A stretch of 64,000 nucleotides of DNA. Origin: an uncultured Victivallales bacterium. GTDB taxonomy: Bacteria > Verrucomicrobiota > Lentisphaeria > Victivallales > UBA1829. Of this stretch, positions 56,550-64,000 are shown one piece after another. The DNA lies in NCBI GenBank assembly GCA_944390735.1, contig CALXRL010000052.1, positions 52,143 through 116,142 of the forward strand. Reading direction: 5' to 3'. Under the pieces are notes generated by a model, which saw nothing but the letters and a program-made list of their open reading frames with translations, was not told where the DNA came from and ran no database searches. Position numbers and translations under genes: made by a program. The number at the start of each line of letters is the position of its first letter. Within the stretch, counting starts at the first letter, position 1.

Positions 56550-57290
56550 GTGCTTACGTTCGCTGTATACACGCAGGTTCTGCTTCTGACGATTCTGTAC
56601 TGCATGGCGGCGTGTCCCTTTCTGCTGTTGTTTCTGCTGCTGAACTGCGGCTCGGTGCGGCGGATGCGGGCGGTGGTCCGGTTTTTTATTTTATGGTATG
56701 GGAAGACGGTGATTTTTCTCGGGTGGTATCCCTATGTCCGTGTCCGGTTTGAGAACGTTTCGGGAAAGCCGGCGCGGGGGGGGATCTACATCTGCAATCA
56801 CCGGTCGTCTTCGGATCCGTTTCTGGTGGCGGCGTTCACGCTGGGGCGGCCGCCGGCGCAGGTGGTGAACCGATGGCCGATGCGTCTGCCTTTTTTCGGT
56901 TTTTTTGCGCGGCTTGGCGGATATCTTGATGTTACGGCTCATTCGTACGAGGAGGCGCGGGAGTGGGCGCGGGAAATGGTGAATGCCGATGTTCCGGTGG
57001 TGGTGTTCCCGGAAGGGACCCGGTCGGGAAGCCGGAAGATGAATCAGTTTCACGGAACCTTTTTCCGGATCGCCAGGGAGCTGGACTGCCGGCTGGTACC
57101 GGTGGCGATTACGGGCAACGAGCATTGTCCGGACCGGGATTTCCGGATGTCGTGCGGACGGGTGCGGGTCCGTCTGCTGCCGGAAGTGGAGCGGAGGATC
57201 GTCCGGGAGACGCCGCCGTTTCAGCTGAAGAATCTCGTGCGCCGGATTCTGATGGAGCAGACGCGGAAAATGGATGAGGCTGCTGAATGA
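56550..57290 (+). CDS. Lysophospholipid/1-acylglycerol-3-phosphate acyltransferase family protein (LPLAT; ApeD-like)
   Basis: N-terminal TM segment, the HX4D motif NHRSSSD, and VVVFPEGTRS. GTG 56550 is the likely start, 10 nt after the ACP stop. Confidence 0.85.
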   Translation: MLTFAVYTQVLLLTILYCMAACPFLLLFLLLNCGSVRRMRAVVRFFILWYGKTVIFLGWYPYVRVRFENVSGKPARGGIYICNHRSSSDPFLVAAFTLGRPPAQVVNRWPMRLPFFGFFARLGGYLDVTAHSYEEAREWAREMVNADVPVVVFPEGTRSGSRKMNQFHGTFFRIARELDCRLVPVAITGNEHCPDRDFRMSCGRVRVRLLPEVERRIVRETPPFQLKNLVRRILMEQTRKMDEAAE

Positions 57291-58585
57291 ATACATTTGA
57301 ATTTCTTCCGGAGAATGATTTTCTTCCGCCGGAGGCGCTCCGTGCGATGCAGGAACGGTATCTGCGGGAGCACCTGGAGTACTGCCGGACTCATTCGCCG
57401 TATTACCGGAACCTTCTGGGAGAGCGGGATTTCTCGGCGTTTCCGCTGGAGAGTCTGTCGGAACTTCCGTTGACGGACAAGAGGGATCTGGCAACTCACC
57501 TTGACGAGTTTCTGGCGTGTCCCTGGGAGGAGATTGAGGATATTGTCTTTTCCTCCGGAACGACGGGGACGCCCTGCCGGGTGGCGTATTCGGGCAGTGA
57601 CATGAAGCGTCTGACATACAATGAGCGCCGTTGTTTTCATGCGGCGGGGCTGACCGCGTCGGACCGGGTGCTGCTGACCTGCACGCTGGACCGCTGTTTT
57701 GTCGCCGGACTGGCGTATTATCTCGGAGTGCGCGCGGTCGGCGCGGCGGCGATCCGCAACGGACTGAACACGATCGAGAGTCATATCGAGGTGATGAAAT
57801 CGCTGCATCCGACGGCCATTGTGGGGGTGCCCTCCTTTCTGCGTCATCTGGGACTGGAGATGCGCAAGCGCGGAATTGACCTGTCGTCCGTCAGACGTCT
57901 GATCTGCATCGGGGAACCGATCCGGGATGAGACGTTGCGTCTGTCGGGTCTCGGGGAGCAGCTCGGAGAGATCTGGAAGGCTCCGATTCATTCGACGTAT
58001 GCGTCGTCGGAGATTGTTTCGAGTTTCTGCGAGTGCACGGCAACCTGCGGCGGGCATCTGATTGCCGATCTGGCGATTGTCGAAATCGTGGATGAGAAAG
58101 GGCGTGTCCTGCCGGAGGGGGAGATCGGCGAAGTGACGGTCACTCCGATGCGGGTGACGGGGATGCCGCTGATCCGGTTCCGAACCGGGGACATCAGTTT
58201 TCTGATCCGGGAACGGTGTGCGTGCGGACGCTGGTCGCCGCGTCTGGGGCCGATTCTGGGGCGGCGGGCCCACATGCTCAAGTGTCGCGGGACGACGTTA
58301 TATCCTCAGGTGCTGTATTCGGTGCTGGATCAGTCGCCGGAGGTTGCCGAATATTACGTTGTTGCATCGGGGGAGAATTTATCCGACCGGGTGGAGGCGG
58401 TGGTGGCGCTGAAGGTGCCGGGCTCTTCCACGGAGGCTCTTGCGGAGCGGCTCAAGGCAAAATGCCGTCTGCGGGTGCCGATCCGGGAGGTTCCGCTCGA
58501 AGAGGCGAGAAAACAGATCTTTTCGGTCTCCCGCAAGCCGGTCCGCTTCGTGGATCTGCGCAGGAAATCCAATCTGAATCTTTGA
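57287..58585 (+). CDS. Phenylacetate-CoA ligase-like (PaaK / coenzyme F390 synthetase family) adenylate-forming enzyme
   Basis: LPLTDKRDL...FSSGTTGTP (P-loop-like AMP motif)...TYASSE...FRTGD. The ATGA start overlaps the upstream stop. Confidence 0.85.
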   Translation: MNTFEFLPENDFLPPEALRAMQERYLREHLEYCRTHSPYYRNLLGERDFSAFPLESLSELPLTDKRDLATHLDEFLACPWEEIEDIVFSSGTTGTPCRVAYSGSDMKRLTYNERRCFHAAGLTASDRVLLTCTLDRCFVAGLAYYLGVRAVGAAAIRNGLNTIESHIEVMKSLHPTAIVGVPSFLRHLGLEMRKRGIDLSSVRRLICIGEPIRDETLRLSGLGEQLGEIWKAPIHSTYASSEIVSSFCECTATCGGHLIADLAIVEIVDEKGRVLPEGEIGEVTVTPMRVTGMPLIRFRTGDISFLIRERCACGRWSPRLGPILGRRAHMLKCRGTTLYPQVLYSVLDQSPEVAEYYVVASGENLSDRVEAVVALKVPGSSTEALAERLKAKCRLRVPIREVPLEEARKQIFSVSRKPVRFVDLRRKSNLNL

Positions 58586-58598
58586 GGGGAAGTTGGAG

Positions 58599-60065
58599 AT
58601 GGAGCTTTTATCGCGGTTTGATTTTTCGGAGGAGGAGATCCGCGCGCTTCCTCCCGGACGGCTCCTTTCCATGGAGATCGAGTTCACGCGGAAGTGCAAC
58701 TACCGCTGTCCCTACTGCTACGCCGTGGAAACGGATTCGGATGGTGCGGACGCCGCGGACGAAATGACGGAGGAGGAGATTCGTTCCGCGATCCGTCAGG
58801 CGTCGGAACTCGGGGCCCGGAAGATTGTGGTTCTCGGGGGCGAGCCGCTGGTCTATCCGCGTCTGAATGAGATGATTGACTTGATTTCCGATCTCGGAAT
58901 GGGGTGCGAGATTTTCACGAACGGCGGACTGATGACGCCGGAACGGGCGGCATTTTTCTTTTCGCGCGGCTGCCGGGTAGTGGTGAAGCTCAATACCTTC
59001 AAGCCGGAGATTCACGACCGCATGACCGGACGGAAAAACTCTCTTTCGCTTGCCCTGGGCGCTCTGGAAATGCTCCGCGCAGCGGGGTACCGCCATTTGA
59101 AGAAAATGCTCGGGGCGGCGACCGTGCTCAGTTCGCTGAACATCGACGAAGCGGTCGGGATGTGGAAATTTCTGCGGGATCATAACATCGAACCCTATTT
59201 CGAGTGCATTACGCCGCAGGGACGGCTGCTGGAACATCGGACTCTTCTTCCGGAACCGGAAAAAGTGAAGAGGGTTTTCGAGGAGATTGCCGCGCTGGAC
59301 GAACAGTACGGACATCACTGGAAACCGCAGCCGCCGCTGGTGGGGCAGCGCTGTTTCCGGCACTGCTACTCCTGCGTGGTGGAGAGCCGGGGAACGGTGG
59401 TGCCCTGCGTCGGATTGAACGAGCCGATCGGGTCCATCCGTGAAAAACCGCTCCGGGAGATTCTGCTGGACAGCATGATTCTTCGCAAGCTGAAGAACTA
59501 TCGGAAATACATCAAGTCGCCGTGCCGGGAGTGTTCGGACTTCGATCACTGTTACGGGTGCCGGGGCGCCGCCTGGCAGATGACGGGGGATTATCTGGCC
59601 GCGGATCCCACCTGCTGGAAGAATGCGGCGAAGGAGAAGAAGATTGCGGTGCTGCCGGTCGATGCGCGTGCGTACATTCCGCATAAGCCGCCGGTTGCGA
59701 TGGTGTCGGAGATTGTGCACATCGCCGATTCGGGCGGAGACATCCGGTCGGTGATCGCGGAGGAGTGCGTGTTTGCCGATGAACACGGCGTGCTCGACAA
59801 TGCGGCTCTCATTGAGCTGGCCGCCCAGTCGGTTGCCGCCTTGAACGGATTCATGACGCCGGGGAGCATTCCGGATGGGATGCTGGTGGAGGTGAACCGG
59901 TTTTCCTGTCACGCCCCCGTGAAAACCGGAGAATGCGTGACAACCAGATTCGTCACCACGACGGAGTTCCTGCCGTGGCATATCATTGATTTCGAGATCT
60001 TCGGCGGGGATGGAAAACGGAAAGCGGAAGGAGTGCTGAAACTGTGCGTGCCGGACGAAAAGTGA
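58599..60065 (+). CDS. Radical SAM enzyme with SPASM domain, fused to a C-terminal hotdog (ApeI/FabZ-like dehydratase-type) domain
   Basis: CNYRCPYC (CX3CX2C) and GGEPLV. The SPASM cysteines are CVVESRGTVVPC and CRECSDFDHCYGC, plus DPTC. The C-terminal ~135 aa is YIPHKPPVAMVSEIVHI...LIELAAQSVAALNGF...GMLVEVNRFSCHAPVKTGE. Confidence 0.85.
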   Translation: MELLSRFDFSEEEIRALPPGRLLSMEIEFTRKCNYRCPYCYAVETDSDGADAADEMTEEEIRSAIRQASELGARKIVVLGGEPLVYPRLNEMIDLISDLGMGCEIFTNGGLMTPERAAFFFSRGCRVVVKLNTFKPEIHDRMTGRKNSLSLALGALEMLRAAGYRHLKKMLGAATVLSSLNIDEAVGMWKFLRDHNIEPYFECITPQGRLLEHRTLLPEPEKVKRVFEEIAALDEQYGHHWKPQPPLVGQRCFRHCYSCVVESRGTVVPCVGLNEPIGSIREKPLREILLDSMILRKLKNYRKYIKSPCRECSDFDHCYGCRGAAWQMTGDYLAADPTCWKNAAKEKKIAVLPVDARAYIPHKPPVAMVSEIVHIADSGGDIRSVIAEECVFADEHGVLDNAALIELAAQSVAALNGFMTPGSIPDGMLVEVNRFSCHAPVKTGECVTTRFVTTTEFLPWHIIDFEIFGGDGKRKAEGVLKLCVPDEK

Positions 60066-60679
60066 TTCTGTCGATCCTGCTGATCCTCTCTGCGGCATTG
60101 TCCTGCGTCGCGGGGGAGGGCGCGGAAGAGATCCTGCAAAAGATCCGCCGAAAGATGGGGGCTGTTTCCACGCTTCAGGCGGAGTTCGTGCAGAAAAAGC
60201 GGATCGCCTCCCTGAAGCACACCTTGATGATTCGCGGGGAGCTGGCGCTGGACCGGAAGGGAAAAATGGCGTGGAGAGTGCACTCCCCGATGCGCTACGT
60301 CTGTCTGATCGACGGAAACTCCCTGACGCAGTGGGATGAGGATTCGGATTCGGTCCTGAAACTGGATGTCTCGAAAAATCCGGCGCTCCAGGTGCTGTCG
60401 AAGTCGATGACCCGCTATTTCGGCGGGCGGTTCGACGAGATGGCCGATGAGTTTTCCATTTCGCTTCAGGGGCCTCTTTCTCTTCGGCTTGTTCCGCGGA
60501 AGGAGTCCATGATTTCGCGGTTCATCCGGGAAATCGAGGTGGAAACCTCTCCGGATTACAGTTTTATTACCCGGGTCGTGATCCGCGAGGTCGGCGGGGA
60601 TGAATCCGTGATCGAATACAGCAATGTCCGAAGGAATCAACCCGTACCGGAGTCGACATGGCGGGCAGGGGCAAACTGA
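60044..60679 (+). CDS. LolA-like lipoprotein-carrier family protein (ApeL-like)
   Basis: Signal peptide VILSILLILSAALSCVAG. STLQAEFVQKKRIASLKHTLMIRGELALDRKGKMAWRVHSPMRYVCLIDGNSLTQWD fits the LolA pattern. GTG start with GGAAGGAG 9 nt upstream. Confidence 0.75.
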   Translation: MRAGRKVILSILLILSAALSCVAGEGAEEILQKIRRKMGAVSTLQAEFVQKKRIASLKHTLMIRGELALDRKGKMAWRVHSPMRYVCLIDGNSLTQWDEDSDSVLKLDVSKNPALQVLSKSMTRYFGGRFDEMADEFSISLQGPLSLRLVPRKESMISRFIREIEVETSPDYSFITRVVIREVGGDESVIEYSNVRRNQPVPESTWRAGAN

Positions 60680-63600
60680 GGAATCTTCCGGGGCGCTTCG
60701 TCCTGCTGGCGGCGAGGCATCCGCTGGCGGTCCGGGCGCTGGTTGCGCTTCTGTTTCTTGCGGGGGCCTGGCTGATTTTCCGGGGACATTTTTCCAATGA
60801 TATCGCTTCGATGCTGCCGGATGGTTCGCGTTCCGCGAAAAGTTATACCGAAATCAACCGGAGCGGAATGTTCCATAAAGTGATCCTTTCGTTTTCCCGG
60901 AAGGACGGCCGCTCTTTTCATGAAATCTCTCCGGGAGGGATGCTGGACCGGATCGCCGCGGAGCTGACGCTTCTTCCACAGGTAAGACGGGTCGAGTATC
61001 AGTATCTTTCCGGGGATCCGGCGGAACAGTTGAGGAATCTGGTGCTCTGGATGCCGCAGCTGACCTCTCCATCGGACCTCAAAACGGGCAGGGAGGAAAT
61101 CGAAAAGACGGTGCGCGGATTGTTCCGGCGGATGCTTCTTCCATCCTCTGTCGGGCAGGTTCCGCTGATGCGTTCGGATCCGTTCAGCCTGAACGGAGTG
61201 CTGTTTCAGAGACTGCGGGAGTTCCAGTCCGTGACGGGCCTGCGCGTTTCTCCAAACACGCCGTATCTGATAACCGAGGACGGAAAACAGGCGATGATGC
61301 TTCTGGATACCGGAGTTCCGGTTTCCGATGCCGTGAATGCGCGGACTCTTCTGGCTTCCGTTCATGCGGTTTTGAACAGGTGTCTGCCGGAGGAGGTTGC
61401 CTGCGATGTGATCAGCGCGCACCGGCGTGCCGTTTGGAACGAGAGCGTTCTGCGGGGGGACGTGAAAACGGTCTGCTGGATGTCCACCATTCTGTTTGCC
61501 GTGCTTTTCATTGTCTTCTACCGTTGCGATGTGCGGAGTTTTCTGATTCCTCTGATTCCCGTTCTGGCTTCCGCGATCGTGCTTGGATGGATGACTCCGG
61601 TATTCGAGAATGTGCTGTTTTTTGTGGTCGGAATGGGTGGTGTTGTCATCAGCCTTGCGGTGGACTACGGGATTCACACCTACGCCGTGATGACGGGAGG
61701 CGGAGGTTTTTTGCGTCTGATCCGGATTGTCCCGGCGCTCTGTGCGGGGGCGCTGACGTCGATTGCCGCGTTTCTGCTGTTTTCGTTTTCGAAGACGGAA
61801 GGAATCCGGCAGCTGGGATTTTTTTCGGGAGCGAGTCTTCTGCTGAGTCTTCTGCTGATGCTGTTGCTTCTGCCGTCGATTCTGTCGGGGGGAAAACGGC
61901 ACGACATCCGTTTTCGCGCGCCGGAGTTTCCGGTCCGCCGTCCGCGGACGGCCGTTTTCATCTGGCTGGCGCTTCTTCTCTGCTGTGTCTGTACGCTTCC
62001 CGCCTTGAAGTTCCATTCCGATGTCCGGCAGTTTGACGTCTCGCCGAAGACGTTCGACGAGGAGGAAAAACGGGTTTCCGCGGGATTCTTTTCCGAACCG
62101 CGTCCGGCGATGCTGCTGTTTCAGGGGAGGGATGCCGAGTCGGTCCGCTGCGAGGCGGAGAAGATTCTTTCCGTTCTCCGGGGGAAGACGGAAGGATCGT
62201 TTTCCTCCCCGACGGATCTGTATCCGAGTCGTGAGACGCGGGAAAAAAATCTTTCGCAATGGCGTGCTTTTCTCCGTTCCGGGGAGTGGGCGAACCTGCG
62301 GACGGAATTGAATTCTTCCGGCAGTCGTGCCGGATTCCGTGAAGAGTTCTTCAACCCGTTTTATGACGGGATCCGGCAGGGGACGGAGCATCCGCCGAAG
62401 TCTCCGCCGCGCCTGCTGGAGCCTCTGCTGAATCGCTTTGAGGTACGGAACGGAGAGTTCTTTACGCTTGCGGTGCTCTTTCCGGATCGTCCGGAGCTGG
62501 TGGAAGCGGTGGAGTCTCTGACTCAAAGAACGGTGGTTTCGCAGAACGGATTGGCGGAGCGGATGTCTGAAGACGTTTCCCGTGGAATGGTTCTGCCGGG
62601 AGTGCTGGCCGTGCTGCTGGTCGTGCTGATTACCCGCGCCTTCTTCCGGGGCTCGGCGGATACGCTGACGGCGCTCGTTCCCGTGCTGACCAGTCTGGTG
62701 GTGACGGGCGCGGTGTTTGCGCTTTGCGGCATGGCGGTCAATCTCTCGGTCCTGATTGCGGCAATCATTCTCTGCGGACTTTCTGTCGATTACGGGATCT
62801 TCATGACCGGTTCCCTGCGGAACGGCTGTGTGGATAACGGAATTTTCAATGCTGTGACCCTTTCCGCCGTGACCTCCGCGGCGGGTGGCGCGACCGTGAT
62901 CTTCACGCGCCATCCGATGCTGCGGGACGCGGGACTGACGCTGATGATCGGCATCACGGTCGCATGGCTGACCGGCGTGCTGGTCGTGCCTGCTATGAAG
63001 AGTCTGAAAGGAAAAACGGTGGGAAAGACGGCGATTCTGCTCTCGTTCTGTGCGTTATTTGGACTCCTCTGCACCTCCTGCGCGTTTGAGCCGTTTGAGT
63101 ATGAAGTTCCGGAAGGCCGCCCCGAAATCGGATCCATTGCGGATGGAATGCCGCCGGAGGCGGTGATTGAGGCCTCGGTGGTCGGGGAGTACCGCTTTTC
63201 CAAACTCTCGCTGCTGAGCCTGACCCGGATCGACCTTCGGACCGGCCGGATTCATGTCGCCGGACTGACTCCCGCGGGCATGAAGATTTTTGATCTCAGC
63301 GGGACCGCGGAACATCCCGGCGAATGCCGCTGGATTCCCGGGAAATACTGGGAGGGACACGAGGAACAGGCCTCGCGCAGAATCCTTTCCGACATCTCCG
63401 CAATTTATCGGAATCTCCTTCCGGAACACTTTGAAAAATACAAGTTTACCGATGACGGAAAAAAACTTGTTGTCCGCGAAGGAGATATCCGCTATGTATT
63501 CGCGGGAGCGCCGCCGCATCTGATCGAAAAGACCATCTCCGAAAACGGCTCACCCGTTCTGCGGATCCGCTATTACAAATGGAGCGACGGATTCCCGATG

Positions 63601-63684
63601 AACATCTCACTGGAAAATTTGAAATATCATTATCGTCTTGCAATCCGGACTCTGTCCGTGGAAAGGGGAAATCATGAACGTTAG
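60658..63684 (+). CDS. MMPL/RND-superfamily exporter (ApeM-like), fused in frame to a C-terminal lipoprotein-like module (ApeN/DUF3261-like by position)
   Basis: Two 6-TM bundles separated by large loops. At 62995 an in-frame MKSLKGKTVGKTAILLSFCALFGLLCTSC segment looks like a complete lipoprotein signal peptide. A ~200-aa soluble domain follows it. Confidence 0.85.
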   Translation: MAGRGKLRNLPGRFVLLAARHPLAVRALVALLFLAGAWLIFRGHFSNDIASMLPDGSRSAKSYTEINRSGMFHKVILSFSRKDGRSFHEISPGGMLDRIAAELTLLPQVRRVEYQYLSGDPAEQLRNLVLWMPQLTSPSDLKTGREEIEKTVRGLFRRMLLPSSVGQVPLMRSDPFSLNGVLFQRLREFQSVTGLRVSPNTPYLITEDGKQAMMLLDTGVPVSDAVNARTLLASVHAVLNRCLPEEVACDVISAHRRAVWNESVLRGDVKTVCWMSTILFAVLFIVFYRCDVRSFLIPLIPVLASAIVLGWMTPVFENVLFFVVGMGGVVISLAVDYGIHTYAVMTGGGGFLRLIRIVPALCAGALTSIAAFLLFSFSKTEGIRQLGFFSGASLLLSLLLMLLLLPSILSGGKRHDIRFRAPEFPVRRPRTAVFIWLALLLCCVCTLPALKFHSDVRQFDVSPKTFDEEEKRVSAGFFSEPRPAMLLFQGRDAESVRCEAEKILSVLRGKTEGSFSSPTDLYPSRETREKNLSQWRAFLRSGEWANLRTELNSSGSRAGFREEFFNPFYDGIRQGTEHPPKSPPRLLEPLLNRFEVRNGEFFTLAVLFPDRPELVEAVESLTQRTVVSQNGLAERMSEDVSRGMVLPGVLAVLLVVLITRAFFRGSADTLTALVPVLTSLVVTGAVFALCGMAVNLSVLIAAIILCGLSVDYGIFMTGSLRNGCVDNGIFNAVTLSAVTSAAGGATVIFTRHPMLRDAGLTLMIGITVAWLTGVLVVPAMKSLKGKTVGKTAILLSFCALFGLLCTSCAFEPFEYEVPEGRPEIGSIADGMPPEAVIEASVVGEYRFSKLSLLSLTRIDLRTGRIHVAGLTPAGMKIFDLSGTAEHPGECRWIPGKYWEGHEEQASRRILSDISAIYRNLLPEHFEKYKFTDDGKKLVVREGDIRYVFAGAPPHLIEKTISENGSPVLRIRYYKWSDGFPMNISLENLKYHYRLAIRTLSVERGNHER

Positions 63685-64000
63685 AACGTATATTGCGGAA
63701 CATCTGGCGGAGATTGTCCATGCCGGATCGGAAGCGGAGGCTTCCATTGTTTTCGGAAAGGATTTTCCGGTGTTTCAGGGACACTTCCCCGGAAATCCGA
63801 CTCTTCCCGGCGTCTGCGAACTGATCTGTGTCGAGGTCCTGCTGGAGAAACTATTCGGCAGAACTTCAGCCCTGACGGATCTTTCCAAAGCGAAATTCTT
63901 CTCTCCGGTTGCTCCGGAGGAACCTTTGAAAATCGTACTTTCCGGCCTTCCTGCGAAGTCGGAGGAGCTGTCCGGAGCGGAGTTGTCCGCGCGTCTTGTT
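63674..64000 (+). CDS. FabZ/FabA-like 3-hydroxyacyl-ACP dehydratase (ApeI/ApeP-like), partial; runs off the window
   Basis: Manual translation from ATG 63674 gives MNVRTYIAEHLAEIVHAGSEAEASIVFGKDFPVFQGHFPGNPTLPGVCELICVEVL..., which contains the GHFPxxPxxPGV hotdog signature. It is not in the ORF track because there is no stop inside the window. It overlaps the MMPL stop by 11 nt. Confidence 0.8.
   Translation, partial: MNVRTYIAEHLAEIVHAGSEAEASIVFGKDFPVFQGHFPGNPTLPGVCELICVEVLLEKLFGRTSALTDLSKAKFFSPVAPEEPLKIVLSGLPAKSEELSGAELSARLV

Overview
No tools were run. All calls come from reading and hand-translating the sequence and recognising family motifs from memory.

The window looks like a high-GC chromosome of a PVC-type bacterium, probably Lentisphaerota/Victivallales-like. 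This placement is an inference from an H-X9-DG prepilin-like protein, a kinase-LRR receptor, and GntR/sugar-binding regulators next to very large secreted glycoside hydrolases.

Three things stand out.

1. **Giant unlisted ORF (1-9883, minus strand).** The first ~9.9 kb has visibly lower GC. It is filled by one reverse-strand ORF of more than 3,294 codons that the supplied ORF track does not list, because its stop lies beyond position 1.
   - It is a DarB-like polyvalent protein. It carries a ParB-like nuclease, an HExxH module, an N6-adenine methyltransferase and an SNF2/DEAH helicase. This architecture is typical of phages and conjugative elements.
   - Its disordered linker is overlapped by a +1-frame 148-codon ORF that looks like a real protein and has a strong Shine-Dalgarno.
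   - The neighbouring host glycoside-hydrolase gene appears 5'-truncated at the compositional boundary.

2. **Aryl-polyene-like lipid cluster (52720 to beyond 64000, plus strand).** This is a tightly coupled operon cut by the window edge.
   - Gene order: ketoreductase, CrtI-like flavoenzyme, ketosynthase, ACP, LPLAT acyltransferase, PaaK-like adenylating enzyme, radical-SAM/SPASM enzyme fused to a hotdog dehydratase-like domain, LolA-like carrier, MMPL exporter fused in frame to a lipoprotein module, and a FabZ-like dehydratase.
   - It resembles aryl-polyene clusters but has atypical redox and radical components. I consider it the best candidate for an undescribed system.

3. **Ordinary chromosomal content in between.** This includes lexA, clpB, grpE-dnaJ-smpB, two MATE pumps, two ABC exporters (one paired with HlyD), fabK, a DUF362 Fe-S protein, cls, tyrS, tRNA-Gln(CUG) and an RsbW/RsbU-type module.

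Many long ORFs in the track are codon-aligned antisense shadows and were rejected.
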